A stretch of DNA of 64,000 nucleotides. Origin: Eledone cirrhosa. Taxonomy: Eukaryota. The stretch spans positions 263,252,001-263,316,000 of the forward strand of contig OZ024741.1 in NCBI GenBank assembly GCA_964016885.1, in the 5' to 3' direction. Below the pieces are notes generated by a model. That model worked only from the letters and a program-made list of their open reading frames with translations. It had not been told where the DNA came from and searched no databases. The translations under genes were made by a program, and so were the position numbers. Below are positions 1 through 14,850 of this stretch, piece after piece (the first letter of the stretch is position 1; every line of letters starts with the position of its first letter).

Positions 1-119
1 TGTGTAGTGATATAGTGTTATGACCTGCTACATGATTTGGAGTGGGTGAATGTGGACTGTGTAGTGATATAGTATTATGACATGTCACGTGATTTGGAGT
101 GGGTGAATGTGGACTGTGT

Positions 120-3100
120 AGTGATATAGTATTATGATCTGTCACGTGATTTGGAGTGGGTGAATGTGGACTGTGTAGTGATATAGTATTATGACCTGCT
201 ACATGATTTGGAGTGGGTGAATGTGGACTGTGTAGTGATATAGTATTATGACATTCTACATTATTTGGAGTGGGTGAATGTGGACTGTGTAGTGATATAG
301 TATTATGACCTTCACGTGATTTGGAGTGGGTGAATGTGGACTGTGTAGTGATATAGTATTATGACCTTCTACATGATTTGGAGTGGGTGAATGTGGACTG
401 TGTAGTGATATAGTATTATGACCTGCTCCATGATTTGGCGTGGGTGAATGTGGACTGTGTAGTGATATAGTATTATGACCTGACACATGATTTGGAGTGG
501 GTGAATGTGGACTGTGCAGTGATATAGTATTATGACCTGTCACGTTATTTGGAGTGGGTGAATGTGGACTGTGTAGTGATATAGTGTTATGACCTACTAC
601 ATGATTTGGTGTGGGTGAATGTGGACTGTGTAGTGATATAGTGTTATGACCTACTACATGGTTTGGAGTGGGTGAATGTGGACTGTGCAGTGATAGAGTA
701 TTATGACCTTCATGTGATTTGGAGCGGGTGAATGTGGACTGTGTAGTGATATAGTATTATGACCTGTCACATGATTTGGAGTGGGTGAATGTGGACTGTG
801 TAGTGATATATTATGACCTGTCACATGATTTGGAGTGGGTGAATGTGGACTGTGTAGTGATATAGTATTATGACCTGCTACATGATTTGGAGTGGGTGAA
901 TGTGGACTGTGTAGTGATATAGTATTATGACCTGCTACATGATTTGGAGTGGGTGAATATGGACTGTCTAGTGATATAGTATTATGACCTGCTACATGAT
1001 TTGGAGTGGGTGAATGTGGACTGTGTAGTGATATAGTGTTATGACCTTCACGTGATTTGGAGTGGGTGAATGTGGACTGTGTAGTGATATAGTATTATGA
1101 CCTGTCACATGATTTGGAGTGTGTGAATGTGGACTGTGTAGTGATATAGTATTATGACCTGTCACATGATTTGGAGTGGGTGAATGTGTACTGTGTAGTG
1201 ATATAGTATTATGACCTGCTACATGATTTGGAGTGGGTGAATGTGGACTGTGTAGTGATATAGTATTATAACCTGCTACACGATTTGGAGTGGGTGAATG
1301 TAGAGTGTGTAGTGATATAGTGTTATGACCTGCATGATTTGGAGTGGGTGAATGTGGACTGTGTAGTGATATAGTATTATGACCTGCTACATGATTTGGA
1401 GTGGGTGAATGTGGACTGTGTAGTGATATAGTATTATGACCTGACACATGATTTGGAGTGGGTGAATGTGGACTGTGTAGTGATATAGTGTTATGACCTT
1501 CTACATGATTTGGAGTGGGTGAATGTGGACTGTGTAGTGATATAGTATTATGACCTGTCACATGATTTGGAGTGGGTGAATGTGGACTGTAAAGTGATAT
1601 AGTGTTATGACCTACTACATGATTTGGAGTTGGTGAATGTGGACTGTGTAGTGATATAGTGTTATGACCTTCACGTGATTTGGAGTGGGTGAATGTGGAC
1701 TGTGTAGTGATATAGTATTATGACCTGTCACATGATTTGGAGTGGGTGAATGTGGACTGTGTAGTGATATAGTATTATGACCTGCTACACGATTTGGAGT
1801 GGGTGAATGTGGAGTGTGTAGTGATATAGTGTTATGACCTACATGATTTGGAGTGGGTGAATGTGGACTGTGTAGTGATATAGTATTATGACCTGCTACA
1901 TGATTTGGAGTGGGTGAATGTGGACTGTGTAGTGATATAGTATTATGACCTTCACGTGATTTGGAGTGGGTGAATGTGGACTGTGTAGTGATATAGTATT
2001 ATGACCTTCACGTGATTTGGAGTGGGTGAATGTGGACTGTGTAGGGATATAGTATTATGACCTGACACATGATTTGGAGTGGGTGAATGTGGACTGTGTA
2101 GTGATAGAGTATTATGACCTGCTACGTGATTTGGAGTGGGTGAATGTGGACTGTGTAGTGATATAGTATTATTACCTTCACGTGATTTGGAGTGTGTGAA
2201 TGTGGACTGTGTAGTGATATAGTGTTATGACCTGCTACATGATTTGAAGTGGGTGAATGTGGACTGTGTAGTGATATAGTATTATGACATGTCACGTGAT
2301 TTGGAGTGGGTGAATGTGGACTGTGTAGTGATATAGTATTATGACCTGACACATGATTTGGAGTGGGTGAATGTGGACTGTGTAGTGATATAGTATTATG
2401 ATCTGTCACGTGATTTGGAGTGGGTGAATGTGGACTGTGTAGTGATATAGTATTATGACCTGCTACATGATTTGGAGTGGGTGAATGTGGACTGTGTAGT
2501 GATATAGTATTATGACCTGACACATGATTTGGAGTGGGTGAATGTGGACTGTGCAGTGATATAGTATTATGATCTGTCACGTGATTTGGAGTGGGTGAAT
2601 GTGGACTGTGTAGTGATATAGTATTATGACCTGCTACATGATTTGGAGTGGGTGAATGTGGACTGTGTAGTGATATAGTATTATGACATTCTACATTATT
2701 TGGAGTGGGTGAATGTGGACTGTGTAGTGATATAGTATTATGACCTTCACGTGATTTGGAGTGGGTGAATGTGGACTGTGTAGTGATATAGTATTATGAC
2801 CTTCTACATGATTTGGAGTGGGTGAATGTGGACTGTGTAGTGATATAGTATTATGACCTGCTCCATGATTTGGCGTGGGTGAATGTGGACTGTGTAGTGA
2901 TATAGTATTATGACCTGACACATGATTTGGAGTGGGTGAATGTGGACTGTGCAGTGATATAGTATTATGACCTGTCACGTTATTTGGAGTGGGTGAATGT
3001 GGACTGTGTAGTGATATAGTGTTATGACCTACTACATGATTTGGTGTGGGTGAATGTGGACTGTGTAGTGATATAGTGTTATGACCTACTACATGGTTTG

Positions 3101-5007
3101 GAGTGGGTGAATGTGGACTGTGCAGTGATAGAGTATTATGACCTTCATGTGATTTGGAGCGGGTGAATGTGGACTGTGTAGTGATATAGTATTATGACCT
3201 GTCACATGATTTGGAGTGGGTGAATGTGGACTGTGTAGTGATATATTATGACCTGTCACATGATTTGGAGTGGGTGAATGTGGACTGTGTAGTGATATAG
3301 TATTATGACCTGCTACATGATTTGGAGTGGGTGAATGTGGACTGTGTAGTGATATAGTATTATGACCTGCTACATGATTTGGAGTGGGTGAATATGGACT
3401 GTCTAGTGATATAGTATTATGACCTGCTACATGATTTGGAGTGGGTGAATGTGGACTGTGTAGTGATATAGTGTTATGACCTTCACGTGATTTGGAGTGG
3501 GTGAATGTGGACTGTGTAGTGATATAGTATTATGACCTGTCACATGATTTGGAGTGTGTGAATGTGGACTGTGTAGTGATATAGTATTATGACCTGTCAC
3601 ATGATTTGGAGTGGGTGAATGTGTACTGTGTAGTGATATAGTATTATGACCTGCTACATGATTTGGAGTGGGTGAATGTGGACTGTGTAGTGATATAGTA
3701 TTATAACCTGCTACACGATTTGGAGTGGGTGAATGTAGAGTGTGTAGTGATATAGTGTTATGACCTGCATGATTTGGAGTGGGTGAATGTGGACTGTGTA
3801 GTGATATAGTATTATGACCTGCTACATGATTTGGAGTGGGTGAATGTGGACTGTGTAGTGATATAGTATTATGACCTGACACATGATTTGGAGTGGGTGA
3901 ATGTGGACTGTGTAGTGATATAGTGTTATGACCTTCTACATGATTTGGAGTGGGTGAATGTGGACTGTGTAGTGATATAGTATTATGACCTGTCACATGA
4001 TTTGGAGTGGGTGAATGTGGACTGTAAAGTGATATAGTGTTATGACCTACTACATGATTTGGAGTTGGTGAATGTGGACTGTGTAGTGATATAGTGTTAT
4101 GACCTTCACGTGATTTGGAGTGGGTGAATGTGGACTGTGTAGTGATATAGTATTATGACCTGTCACATGATTTGGAGTGGGTGAATGTGGACTGTGTAGT
4201 GATATAGTATTATGACCTGCTACACGATTTGGAGTGGGTGAATGTGGAGTGTGTAGTGATATAGTGTTATGACCTACATGATTTGGAGTGGGTGAATGTG
4301 GACTGTGTAGTGATATAGTATTATGACCTGCTACATGATTTGGAGTGGGTGAATGTGGACTGTGTAGTGATATAGTATTATGACCTTCACGTGATTTGGA
4401 GTGGGTGAATGTGGACTGTGTAGTGATATAGTATTATGACCTTCACGTGATTTGGAGTGGGTGAATGTGGACTGTGTAGGGATATAGTATTATGACCTGA
4501 CACATGATTTGGAGTGGGTGAATGTGGACTGTGTAGTGATAGAGTATTATGACCTGCTACGTGATTTGGAGTGGGTGAATGTGGACTGTGTAGTGATATA
4601 GTATTATTACCTTCACGTGATTTGGAGTGTGTGAATGTGGACTGTGTAGTGATATAGTGTTATGACCTGCTACATGATTTGAAGTGGGTGAATGTGGACT
4701 GTGTAGTGATATAGTATTATGACATGTCACGTGATTTGGAGTGGGTGAATGTGGACTGTGTAGTGATATAGTATTATGACCTGACACATGATTTGGAGTG
4801 GGTGAATGTGGACTGTGTAGTGATATAGTATTATGATCTGTCACGTGATTTGGAGTGGGTGAATGTGGACTGTGTAGTGATATAGTATTATGACCTGCTA
4901 CATGATTTGGAGTGGGTGAATGTGGACTGTGTAGTGATATAGTATTATGACCTGACACATGATTTGGAGTGGGTGAATGTGGACTGTGCAGTGATATAGT
5001 ATTATGA
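120..5007. repeat. Tandem duplication of a 2435-bp block (43 monomers)
   Basis: ORF pairs 256/2691, 992/3427 and 2122/4557 are all offset by 2435. Rare variants such as GGAGCGGG (~721/3156), CTGTAAAG (~1587/4022) and GATAGAGT recur at the same offset. 43x57 minus seven 1-bp and three 3-bp deletions equals 2435. Identity breaks at 119/2554 and 2573/5008. Confidence 0.93.
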
Positions 5008-8000
5008 CCTGTCACGTTATTTGGAGTGGGTGAATGTGGACTGTGTAGTGATATAGTGTTATGACCTACTACATGATTTGGAGTGGGTGAATGTGGACTG
5101 TGTAGTGATATAGTGTTATGACCTACTACATGGTTTGGAGTGGGTGAATGTGGACTGTGCAGTGATATAGTATTATGACCTTCATGTGATTTGGAGTGGG
5201 TGAATGTGGACTGTGTAATGATATAGTATTATGACCTGTCACATGATTTGGAGTGGGTGAATGTGGACTGTGTAGTGATATATTATGACCTGTCACATGA
5301 TTTGGAGTGGGTGAATGTGGACTGTGTAGTGATATAGTATTATGACCTGCTACATGATTTGGAGTGGGTGAATGTGGACTGTGTAGTGATATAGTATTAT
5401 GACCTTCTACATGATTTGGAGTGGGTGAATGTGGACTGTGTAGTGATATAGTATTATGACCTGCTACATGATTTGGAGTGGGTGAATGTTGACTGTGTAG
5501 TGATATAGTATTATGACCTTCACGTGATTTGGAGTGGGTGAATGTGGACTGTGTAGTGATATAGTTTTATGACCTATCACGTTATTTGGAGTGGGTGAAT
5601 GTGGACTGTGTAGTGATATAGTGTTATGACCTACTACATGATTTGGAGTGGGTGAATGTGGACTGTGTAGTGATATAGTATTATGACCTGCTACATGATT
5701 TGGAGTGGGTGAATGTGGACTGTGTAGTGATATAGTATTATGACCTGCTACACGATTTGGAGTGGGTGAATGTGGAGTGTGTAGTGATATAGTATTATGA
5801 CCTGCTACACGATTTGGAGTGGGTGAATGTGGAGTGTGTAGTGATATAGTGTGATGACCTGCTACATGATTTGGAGTGAGTGAATGTGGACTGTGTAGTG
5901 ATATAGTATTATGACCTGCTACATGATTCGGAGTGGGTGAATGTGGACTGTGTAGTGATATAGTGTTATGACCTTCACGTGATTTGGAGTGGGTGAATGT
6001 GGACTGTGTAGTGATATAGTGTTATGACCTTAACGTGATTTGGAGTGGGTGAATGTGGACTGTGTAGTGATATAGTATTATGACCTTCACGTGATTTGGA
6101 GTGGGTGAATGTGGACTGTGTAGTGATATAGTATTATGACCTTCTACATGATTTGGAGTGGGTGAATGTGGACTGTGTAGTGATATAGTATTATGACCTG
6201 CTACATGATTTGGAGTGGGTGAATGTGGACTGTGTAGTGATATAGTATTATGACCTTCACGTGATTTGGAGTGGGTGAATGTGGACTGTGTAGTGATAGA
6301 GTATTATGACCTGCTACGTGATTTGGAGTGGGTGAATGTGGACTGTGTAGTGATATAGTATTATTACCTTCACGTGATTTGGAGTGTGTGAATGTGGACT
6401 GTGTAGTGATATAGTGTTATGACCTGCTACATGATTTGGAGGGGGTGAATGTGGACTGTGTAGTGATATAGTATTATGACATGTCACGTGATTTGGAGTG
6501 GGTGAATGTGGACTGTGTAGTGATATAGTATTATGACCTGCTACATGATTTGGAGTGGGTGAATGTGGACTGTGTAGTGATATAGTATTATGATCTGTCA
6601 CGTGATTTGGAGTGGGTGAATGTGGACTGTGTAGTGATATAGTATTATGACCTGCTACATGATTTGGAGTGGGTGAATGTGGACTGTGTAGTGATATAGT
6701 ATTATGACATTCTACATTATTTGGAGTGGGTTAATGTGGACTGTGTAGTGATATAGTATTATGACCTTCACGTGATTTGGAGTGGGTGAATGTGGACTGT
6801 GTAGTGATATAGTATTATGACCTTCTACATGATTTGGAGTGGGTGAATGTGGACTGTGTAGTGATATAGTATTATGATCTGACACATGATTTGGAGTGGG
6901 TGAATGTGGACTGTGCAGTGATATAGTATTATGACCTGTCACGTTATTTGGAGTGGGTGAATGTGGACTGTGTAGTGATATAGTGTTATGACCAACTACA
7001 TGATTTGGAGTGGGTGAATGTGGACTGTGTAGTGATATAGTGTTATGACCTACTACATGGTTTGGAGTGGGTGAATGTGGACTGTGCAGTGATATAGTAT
7101 TATGACCTTCATGTGATTTGGAGTTGGTGAATGTGGACTGTGTAGTGATATAGTATTATGACCTGTCACATGATTTGGAGTGGGTGAATGTGGACTGTGT
7201 AGTGATATATTATGACCTGTCACATGATTTGGAGTGGGTGAATGTGGACTGTGTAGTGATATAGTATTATGACCTGCTACATGATTTGGAGTGGGTGAAT
7301 GTGGACTGTGTAGTGATATAGTAATATGACCTGCTACATGATTTGGAGTGGGTGAATATGGACTGTCTAGTGATATAATATTATGACCTGCTACATGATT
7401 TGGAGTGGGTGAATGTGGACTGTGTAGTGATATAGTGTTATGACCTTCACGTGATTTGGAGTGGGTGAATGTGGACTGTGTAGTGATATAGTTTTATGAC
7501 CTGTCACATGATTTGGAGTGGGTGAATGTGGACTGTGTAGTGATATAGTATTATGACCTGTCACATGATTTGGAGTGGGTGAATGTGGACTGTGTAGTGA
7601 TATAGTATTATGACCTGCTACATGATTTGGAGTGGGTGAATGTGGACTGTGTAGTGATATAGTATTATGATCTGCTACACGATTTGGAGTGGGTGAATGT
7701 GGACTGTGTAGTGATATAGTGTTATGACCTACATGATTTGGAGTGGGTGAATGTGGACTGTGTAGTGATATAGTATTATGACCTGCTACATGATTTGGAG
7801 TGGGTGAATGTGGACTGTGTAGTGATATAGAATTATGACCTGACACAGGATTTGGAGTGGGTGAATGTGGACTGTGTATTGATATAGTGTTATGACCTTC
7901 TACATGATTTGGAGTGGGTGAATGTGGACTGTGTAGTGATATAGTATTATGATCTTCAGGTGATTTGGAGTGGGTGAATGTGGACTGTGTAGTGATATAG

Positions 8001-8473
8001 TATTATGACCTTCTACATGATTTGGAGTGGGTGAATGTGGACTGTGTAGTGATATAGTATTATGACCTGCTACATGATTTGGAGTGGGTGAATGTTGACT
8101 GTGTAGTGATATAGTATTATGACCTGCTACATGATTTGGAGTGGGTGAATGTGGACTGTGTAGTGATATAGTATTATGACCTATCACGTTATTTGGAGTG
8201 GGTGAATGTGGACTGTGTAGTGATATAGTGTTATGACCTACTACATGATTTGGAGTGGGTGAATGTGGACTGTGTAGTGATATAGTGTTATGACCTACTA
8301 CATGATTTGGAGTGGGTGAATGTGGACTGTGCAGTGATATAGTATTATGACCTTCACGTGATTTGGAGTGGGTGAATGTGGACTGTGTAGTGATATAGTA
8401 TTATGACCTGTCACATGATTTGGAGTGGGTGAATGTGGACTGTGTAGAGATATAGTATTATGACCTGCTACAT

Positions 8474-11400
8474 GATTTGGAGTGGGTGAATGTGGACTGT
8501 GTTGTGATATAGTATTATGATCTTCACGTGATTTGGAGTGGGTGAATGTGGACTGTGTAGTGATATAGTATTATGACCTGCTACGTGATTTGGAGTGGGT
8601 GAATGTGGACTGTGTAGTGATATAGTATTATGACCTTCACGTGATTTGGAGTGGGTGAATGTGGACTGTGTAGTGATATAGTGTTATGACCTGCTACATG
8701 ATTTGGAGTGGGTGAATGTGGACTGTGTAGTGATATAGTATTATGACATGTCACGTGATTTGGAGTGGGTGAATGTGGACTGTGTAGTGATATAGTATTA
8801 TGACCTGACACATGATTTGGAGTGGGTGAATGTGGACTGTGTAGTGATATAGTATTATGATCTGTCACGTGATTTGGAGTGGGTGAATGTGGACTGTGTA
8901 GTGATATAGTATTATGACCTGCTACATGATTTGGAGTGGGTGAATGTGGACTGTGTAGTGATATAGTATTATGACATTCTACATTATTTGGAGTGGGTGA
9001 ATGTGGACTGTGTAGTGATATAGTATTATGACCTTCACGTGATTTGGAGTGGGTGAATGTGGACTGTGTAGTGATATAGTATTATGACCTTCTACATGAT
9101 TTGGAGTGGGTGAATGTGGACTGTGTAGTGATATAGTATTATGACCTGCTCCATGATTTGGCGTGGGTGAATGTGGACTGTGTAGTGATATAGTATTATG
9201 ACCTGACACATGATTTGGAGTGGGTGAATGTGGACTGTGCAGTGATATAGTATTATGACCTGTCACGTTATTTGGAGTGGGTGAATGTGGACTGTGTAGT
9301 GATATAGTGTTATGACCTACTACATGATTTGGAGTGGGTGAATGTGGACTGTGTAGTGATATAGTGTTATGACCTACTACATGGTTTGGAGTGGGTGAAT
9401 GTGGACTGTGCAGTGATATAGTATTATGACCTTCATGTGATTTGGAGTGGGTGAATGTGGACTGTGTAGTGATATAGTATTATGACCTGTCACATGATTT
9501 GGAGTGGGTGAATGTGGACTGTGTAGTGATATATTATGACCTGTCACATGATTTGGAGTGGGTGAATGTGGACTGTGTAGTGATATAGTATTATGACCTG
9601 CTACATGATTTGGAGTGGGTGAAGGTGGACTGTGTAGTGATATAGTATTATGACCTGCTACATGATTTGGAGTGGGTGAATATGGACTGTCTAGTGATAT
9701 AGTATTATGACCTGCTACATGATTTGGAGTGGGTGAATGTGGACTGTGTAGTGATATAGTGTTATGACCTTCACGTGATTTGGAGTGGGTGAATGTGGAC
9801 TGTGTAGTGATATAGCATTATGACCTGTCACATGATTTGGAGTGTGTGAATGTGGACTGTGTAGTGATATAGTATTATGACCTGTCACATGATTTGGAGT
9901 GGGTGAATGTGTACTGTGTAGTGATATAGTATTATGACCTGCTACATGATTTGGAGTGGGTGAATGTGGACTGTGTAGTGATATAGTATTATAACCTGCT
10001 ACACGATTTGGAGTGGGTGAATGTGGAGTGTGTAGTGATATAGTGTTATGACCTGCATGATTTGGAGTGGGTGAATGTGGACTGTGTAGTGATATAGTAT
10101 TATGACCTGCTACATGATTTGGAGTGGGTGAATGTGGACTGTGTAGTGATATAGTATTATGACCTGACACATGATTTAGAGTGGGTGAATGTGGACTGTG
10201 TAGTGATATAGTGTTATGACCTTCTACATGATTTGGAGTGGGTGAATGTGGACTGTGTAGTGATATAGTATTATGACCTGTCACATGATTTGGAGTGGGT
10301 GAATGTGGACTGTGTAGTGATATAGTGTTATGACCTACTACATGATTTGGAGTGGGTGAATGTGGACTGTGTAGTGATATAGTATTATGACCTCCTACAT
10401 GATTTGGAGTGGGTGAATGTGGACTGTGTAGTGATATAGTATTATGACCTGCTACATGATTTGGAGTTGGTGAATGTGGACTGTGTAGTGATATAGTGTT
10501 ATGACCTTCACGTGATTTGGAGTGGGTGAATGTGGACTGTGTAGTGATATAGTATTATGACCTGTCACATGATTTGGAGTGGGTGAATGTGGACTGTGTA
10601 GTGATATAGTATTATGACCTGTCACATGATTTGGAGTGGGTGAATGTGGACTGTGTAGTGATATAGTATTATGACCTGCTACATGATTTGGAGTGGGTGA
10701 ATGTGGACTGTGTAGTGATATAGTATTATGACCTGCTACATGATTTGGTGTGGGTGAATGTGGACTGTGTAGAGATATAGTATTATGACCTGCTACATGA
10801 TTTGGAGTGGGTGAATGTGGACTGTGTAGTGATATAGTGTTATGACCTTCTACATGATTTGGAGTGGGTGAATGTGGACTGTGTAGTGATATAGTATTAT
10901 GACCTGTCACATGATTTGGAGTGGGTGAATGTGGACTGTGTAGTGATATAGTGTTATGACCTACTACATGATTTGGAGTGGGTGAATGTGGACTGTGTAG
11001 TGATATAGTATTATGACCTCCTACATGATTTGGAGTGGGTGAATGTGGACTGTGTAGTGATATAGTATTATGACCTGCTACATGATTTGGAGTTGGTGAA
11101 TGTGGACTGTGTAGTGATATAGTGTTATGACCTTCACGTGATTTGGAGTGGGTGAATGTGGACTGTGTAGTGATATAGTATTATGACCTGTCACATGATT
11201 TGGAGTGGGTGAATGTGGACTGTGTAGTGATATAGTATTATGACCTGTCACATGATTTGGAGTGGGTGAATGTGGACTGTGTAGTGATATAGTATTATGT
11301 CCTGCTACATGATTTGGAGTGGGTGAATGTGGACTGTGTAGTGATATAGTATTATGACCTGCTACATGATTTGGTGTGGGTGAATGTGGACTGTGTAGAG

Positions 11401-14400
11401 ATATAGTATTATGACCTGCTACATGATTTGGAGTGGGTGAATGTGGACTGTGTAGTGATATAGTGTTATGACCGTCACGTGATTTGGAGTGGGTGAATGT
11501 GGACTGTGTAGTGATATAGTATTATGACCTTCACGTGATTTGGAGTGGGTGAATGTGGACTGTGTAGGGATATAGTATTATGACCTGACACATGATTTGG
11601 AGTGGGTGAATGTGGACTGTGTAGTGATATAGTATTATGACCTGCTACACGATTTGGAGTGGGTGAATGTGGACTGTGTTGTGATATAGTATTATGATCT
11701 TCACGTGATTTGGAGTGGGTGAATGTGGACTGTGTAGTGATATAGTATTATGACCTGCTACGTGATTTGGAGTGGGTGAATGTGGACTGTGTAGTGATAT
11801 AGTATTATGACCTTCACGTGATTTGGAGTGGGTGAATGTGGACTGTGTAGTGATATAGTGTTATGACCTGCTACATGATTTGGAGTGGGTGAATGTGGAC
11901 TGTGTAGTGATATAGTATTATGACATGTCACGTGATTTGGAGTGGGTGAATGTGGACTGTGTAGTGATATAGTATTATGACCTGACACATGATTTGGAGT
12001 GGGTGAATGTGGACTGTGTAGTGATATAGTATTATGATCTGTCACGTGATTTGGAGTGGGTGAATGTGGACTGTGTAGTGATATAGTATTATGACCTGCT
12101 ACATGATTTGGAGTGGGTGAATGTGGACTGTGTAGTGATATAGTATTATGACATTCTACATTATTTGGAGTGGGTGAATGTGGACTGTGTAGTGATATAG
12201 TATTATGACCTTCACGTGATTTGGAGTGGGTGAATGTGGACTGTGTAGTGATATAGTATTATGACCTTCTACATGATTTGGAGTGGGTGAATGTGGACTG
12301 TGTAGTGATATAGTATTATGACCTGCTCCATGATTTGGCGTGGGTGAATGTGGACTGTGTAGTGATATAGTATTATGACCTGACACATGATTTGGAGTGG
12401 GTGAATGTGGACTGTGCAGTGATATAGTATTATGACCTGTCACGTTATTTGGAGTGGGTGAATGTGGACTGTGTAGTGATATAGTGTTATGACCTACTAC
12501 ATGATTTGGAGTGGGTGAATGTGGACTGTGTAGTGATATAGTGTTATGACCTACTACATGGTTTGGAGTGGGTGAATGTGGACTGTGCAGTGATATAGTA
12601 TTATGACCTTCATGTGATTTGGAGTGGGTGAATGTGGACTGTGTAGTGATATAGTATTATGACCTGTCACATGATTTGGAGTGGGTGAATGTGGACTGTG
12701 TAGTGATATATTATGACCTGTCACATGATTTGGAGTGGGTGAATGTGGACTGTGTAGTGATATAGTATTATGACCTGCTACATGATTTGGAGTGGGTGAA
12801 TGTGGACTGTGTAGTGATATAGTATTATGACCTGCTACATGATTTGGAGTGGGTGAATATGGACTGTCTAGTGATATAGTATTATGACCTGCTACATGAT
12901 TTGGAGTGGGTGAATGTGGACTGTGTAGTGATATAGTGTTATGACCTTCACGTGATTTGGAGTGGGTGAATGTGGACTGTGTAGTGATATAGCATTATGA
13001 CCTGTCACATGATTTGGAGTGTGTGAATGTGGACTGTGTAGTGATATAGTATTATGACCTGTCACATGATTTGGAGTGGGTGAATGTGTACTGTGTAGTG
13101 ATATAGTATTATGACCTGCTACATGATTTGGAGTGGGTGAATGTGGACTGTGTAGTGATATAGTATTATAACCTGCTACACGATTTGGAGTGGGTGAATG
13201 TGGAGTGTGTAGTGATATAGTGTTATGACCTGCATGATTTGGAGTGGGTGAATGTGGACTGTGTAGTGATATAGTATTATGACCTGCTACATGATTTGGA
13301 GTGGGTGAATGTGGACTGTGTAGTGATATAGTATTATGACCTGACACATGATTTAGAGTGGGTGAATGTGGACTGTGTAGTGATATAGTGTTATGACCTT
13401 CTACATGATTTGGAGTGGGTGAATGTGGACTGTGTAGTGATATAGTATTATGACCTGTCACATGATTTGGAGTGGGTGAATGTGGACTGTGTAGTGATAT
13501 AGTGTTATGACCTACTACATGATTTGGAGTGGGTGAATGTGGACTGTGTAGTGATATAGTATTATGACCTCCTACATGATTTGGAGTGGGTGAATGTGGA
13601 CTGTGTAGTGATATAGTATTATGACCTGCTACATGATTTGGAGTTGGTGAATGTGGACTGTGTAGTGATATAGTGTTATGACCTTCACGTGATTTGGAGT
13701 GGGTGAATGTGGACTGTGTAGTGATATAGTATTATGACCTGTCACATGATTTGGAGTGGGTGAATGTGGACTGTGTAGTGATATAGTATTATGACCTGTC
13801 ACATGATTTGGAGTGGGTGAATGTGGACTGTGTAGTGATATAGTATTATGACCTGCTACATGATTTGGAGTGGGTGAATGTGGACTGTGTAGTGATATAG
13901 TATTATGACCTGCTACATGATTTGGTGTGGGTGAATGTGGACTGTGTAGAGATATAGTATTATGACCTGCTACATGATTTGGAGTGGGTGAATGTGGACT
14001 GTGTAGTGATATAGTGTTATGACCTTCTACATGATTTGGAGTGGGTGAATGTGGACTGTGTAGTGATATAGTATTATGACCTGTCACATGATTTGGAGTG
14101 GGTGAATGTGGACTGTGTAGTGATATAGTGTTATGACCTACTACATGATTTGGAGTGGGTGAATGTGGACTGTGTAGTGATATAGTATTATGACCTCCTA
14201 CATGATTTGGAGTGGGTGAATGTGGACTGTGTAGTGATATAGTATTATGACCTGCTACATGATTTGGAGTTGGTGAATGTGGACTGTGTAGTGATATAGT
14301 GTTATGACCTTCACGTGATTTGGAGTGGGTGAATGTGGACTGTGTAGTGATATAGTATTATGACCTGTCACATGATTTGGAGTGGGTGAATGTGGACTGT

Positions 14401-14850
14401 GTAGTGATATAGTATTATGACCTGTCACATGATTTGGAGTGGGTGAATGTGGACTGTGTAGTGATATAGTATTATGTCCTGCTACATGATTTGGAGTGGG
14501 TGAATGTGGACTGTGTAGTGATATAGTATTATGACCTGCTACATGATTTGGTGTGGGTGAATGTGGACTGTGTAGAGATATAGTATTATGACCTGCTACA
14601 TGATTTGGAGTGGGTGAATGTGGACTGTGTAGTGATATAGTGTTATGACCGTCACGTGATTTGGAGTGGGTGAATGTGGACTGTGTAGTGATATAGTATT
14701 ATGACCTTCACGTGATTTGGAGTGGGTGAATGTGGACTGTGTAGGGATATAGTATTATGACCTGACACATGATTTGGAGTGGGTGAATGTGGACTGTGTA
14801 GTGATATAGTATTATGACCTGCTACACGATTTGGAGTGGGTGAATGTGGA
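8474..14850. repeat. Tandem duplication of a 3177-bp block (56 monomers)
   Basis: ORF pairs 8581/11758, 8979/12156, 9715/12892 and 10452/13629 are offset by 3177. The marker GTTGTGAT..GATCTTCAC is at 8501/11678. One mismatch seen (G9624 vs T12801). 56x57-15=3177 matches the counted deletion monomers. Confidence 0.93.
10180..11470. repeat. Nested 626-bp (11-monomer) tandem duplication, also present in the second 3177-bp copy (~13357-14647)
   Basis: CCTCCTAC at 10391/11017 and AGAGATAT at 10771/11397 are offset by 626 (10x57+56). The same CCTCCTAC pair recurs at 13568/14194. Confidence 0.88.
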
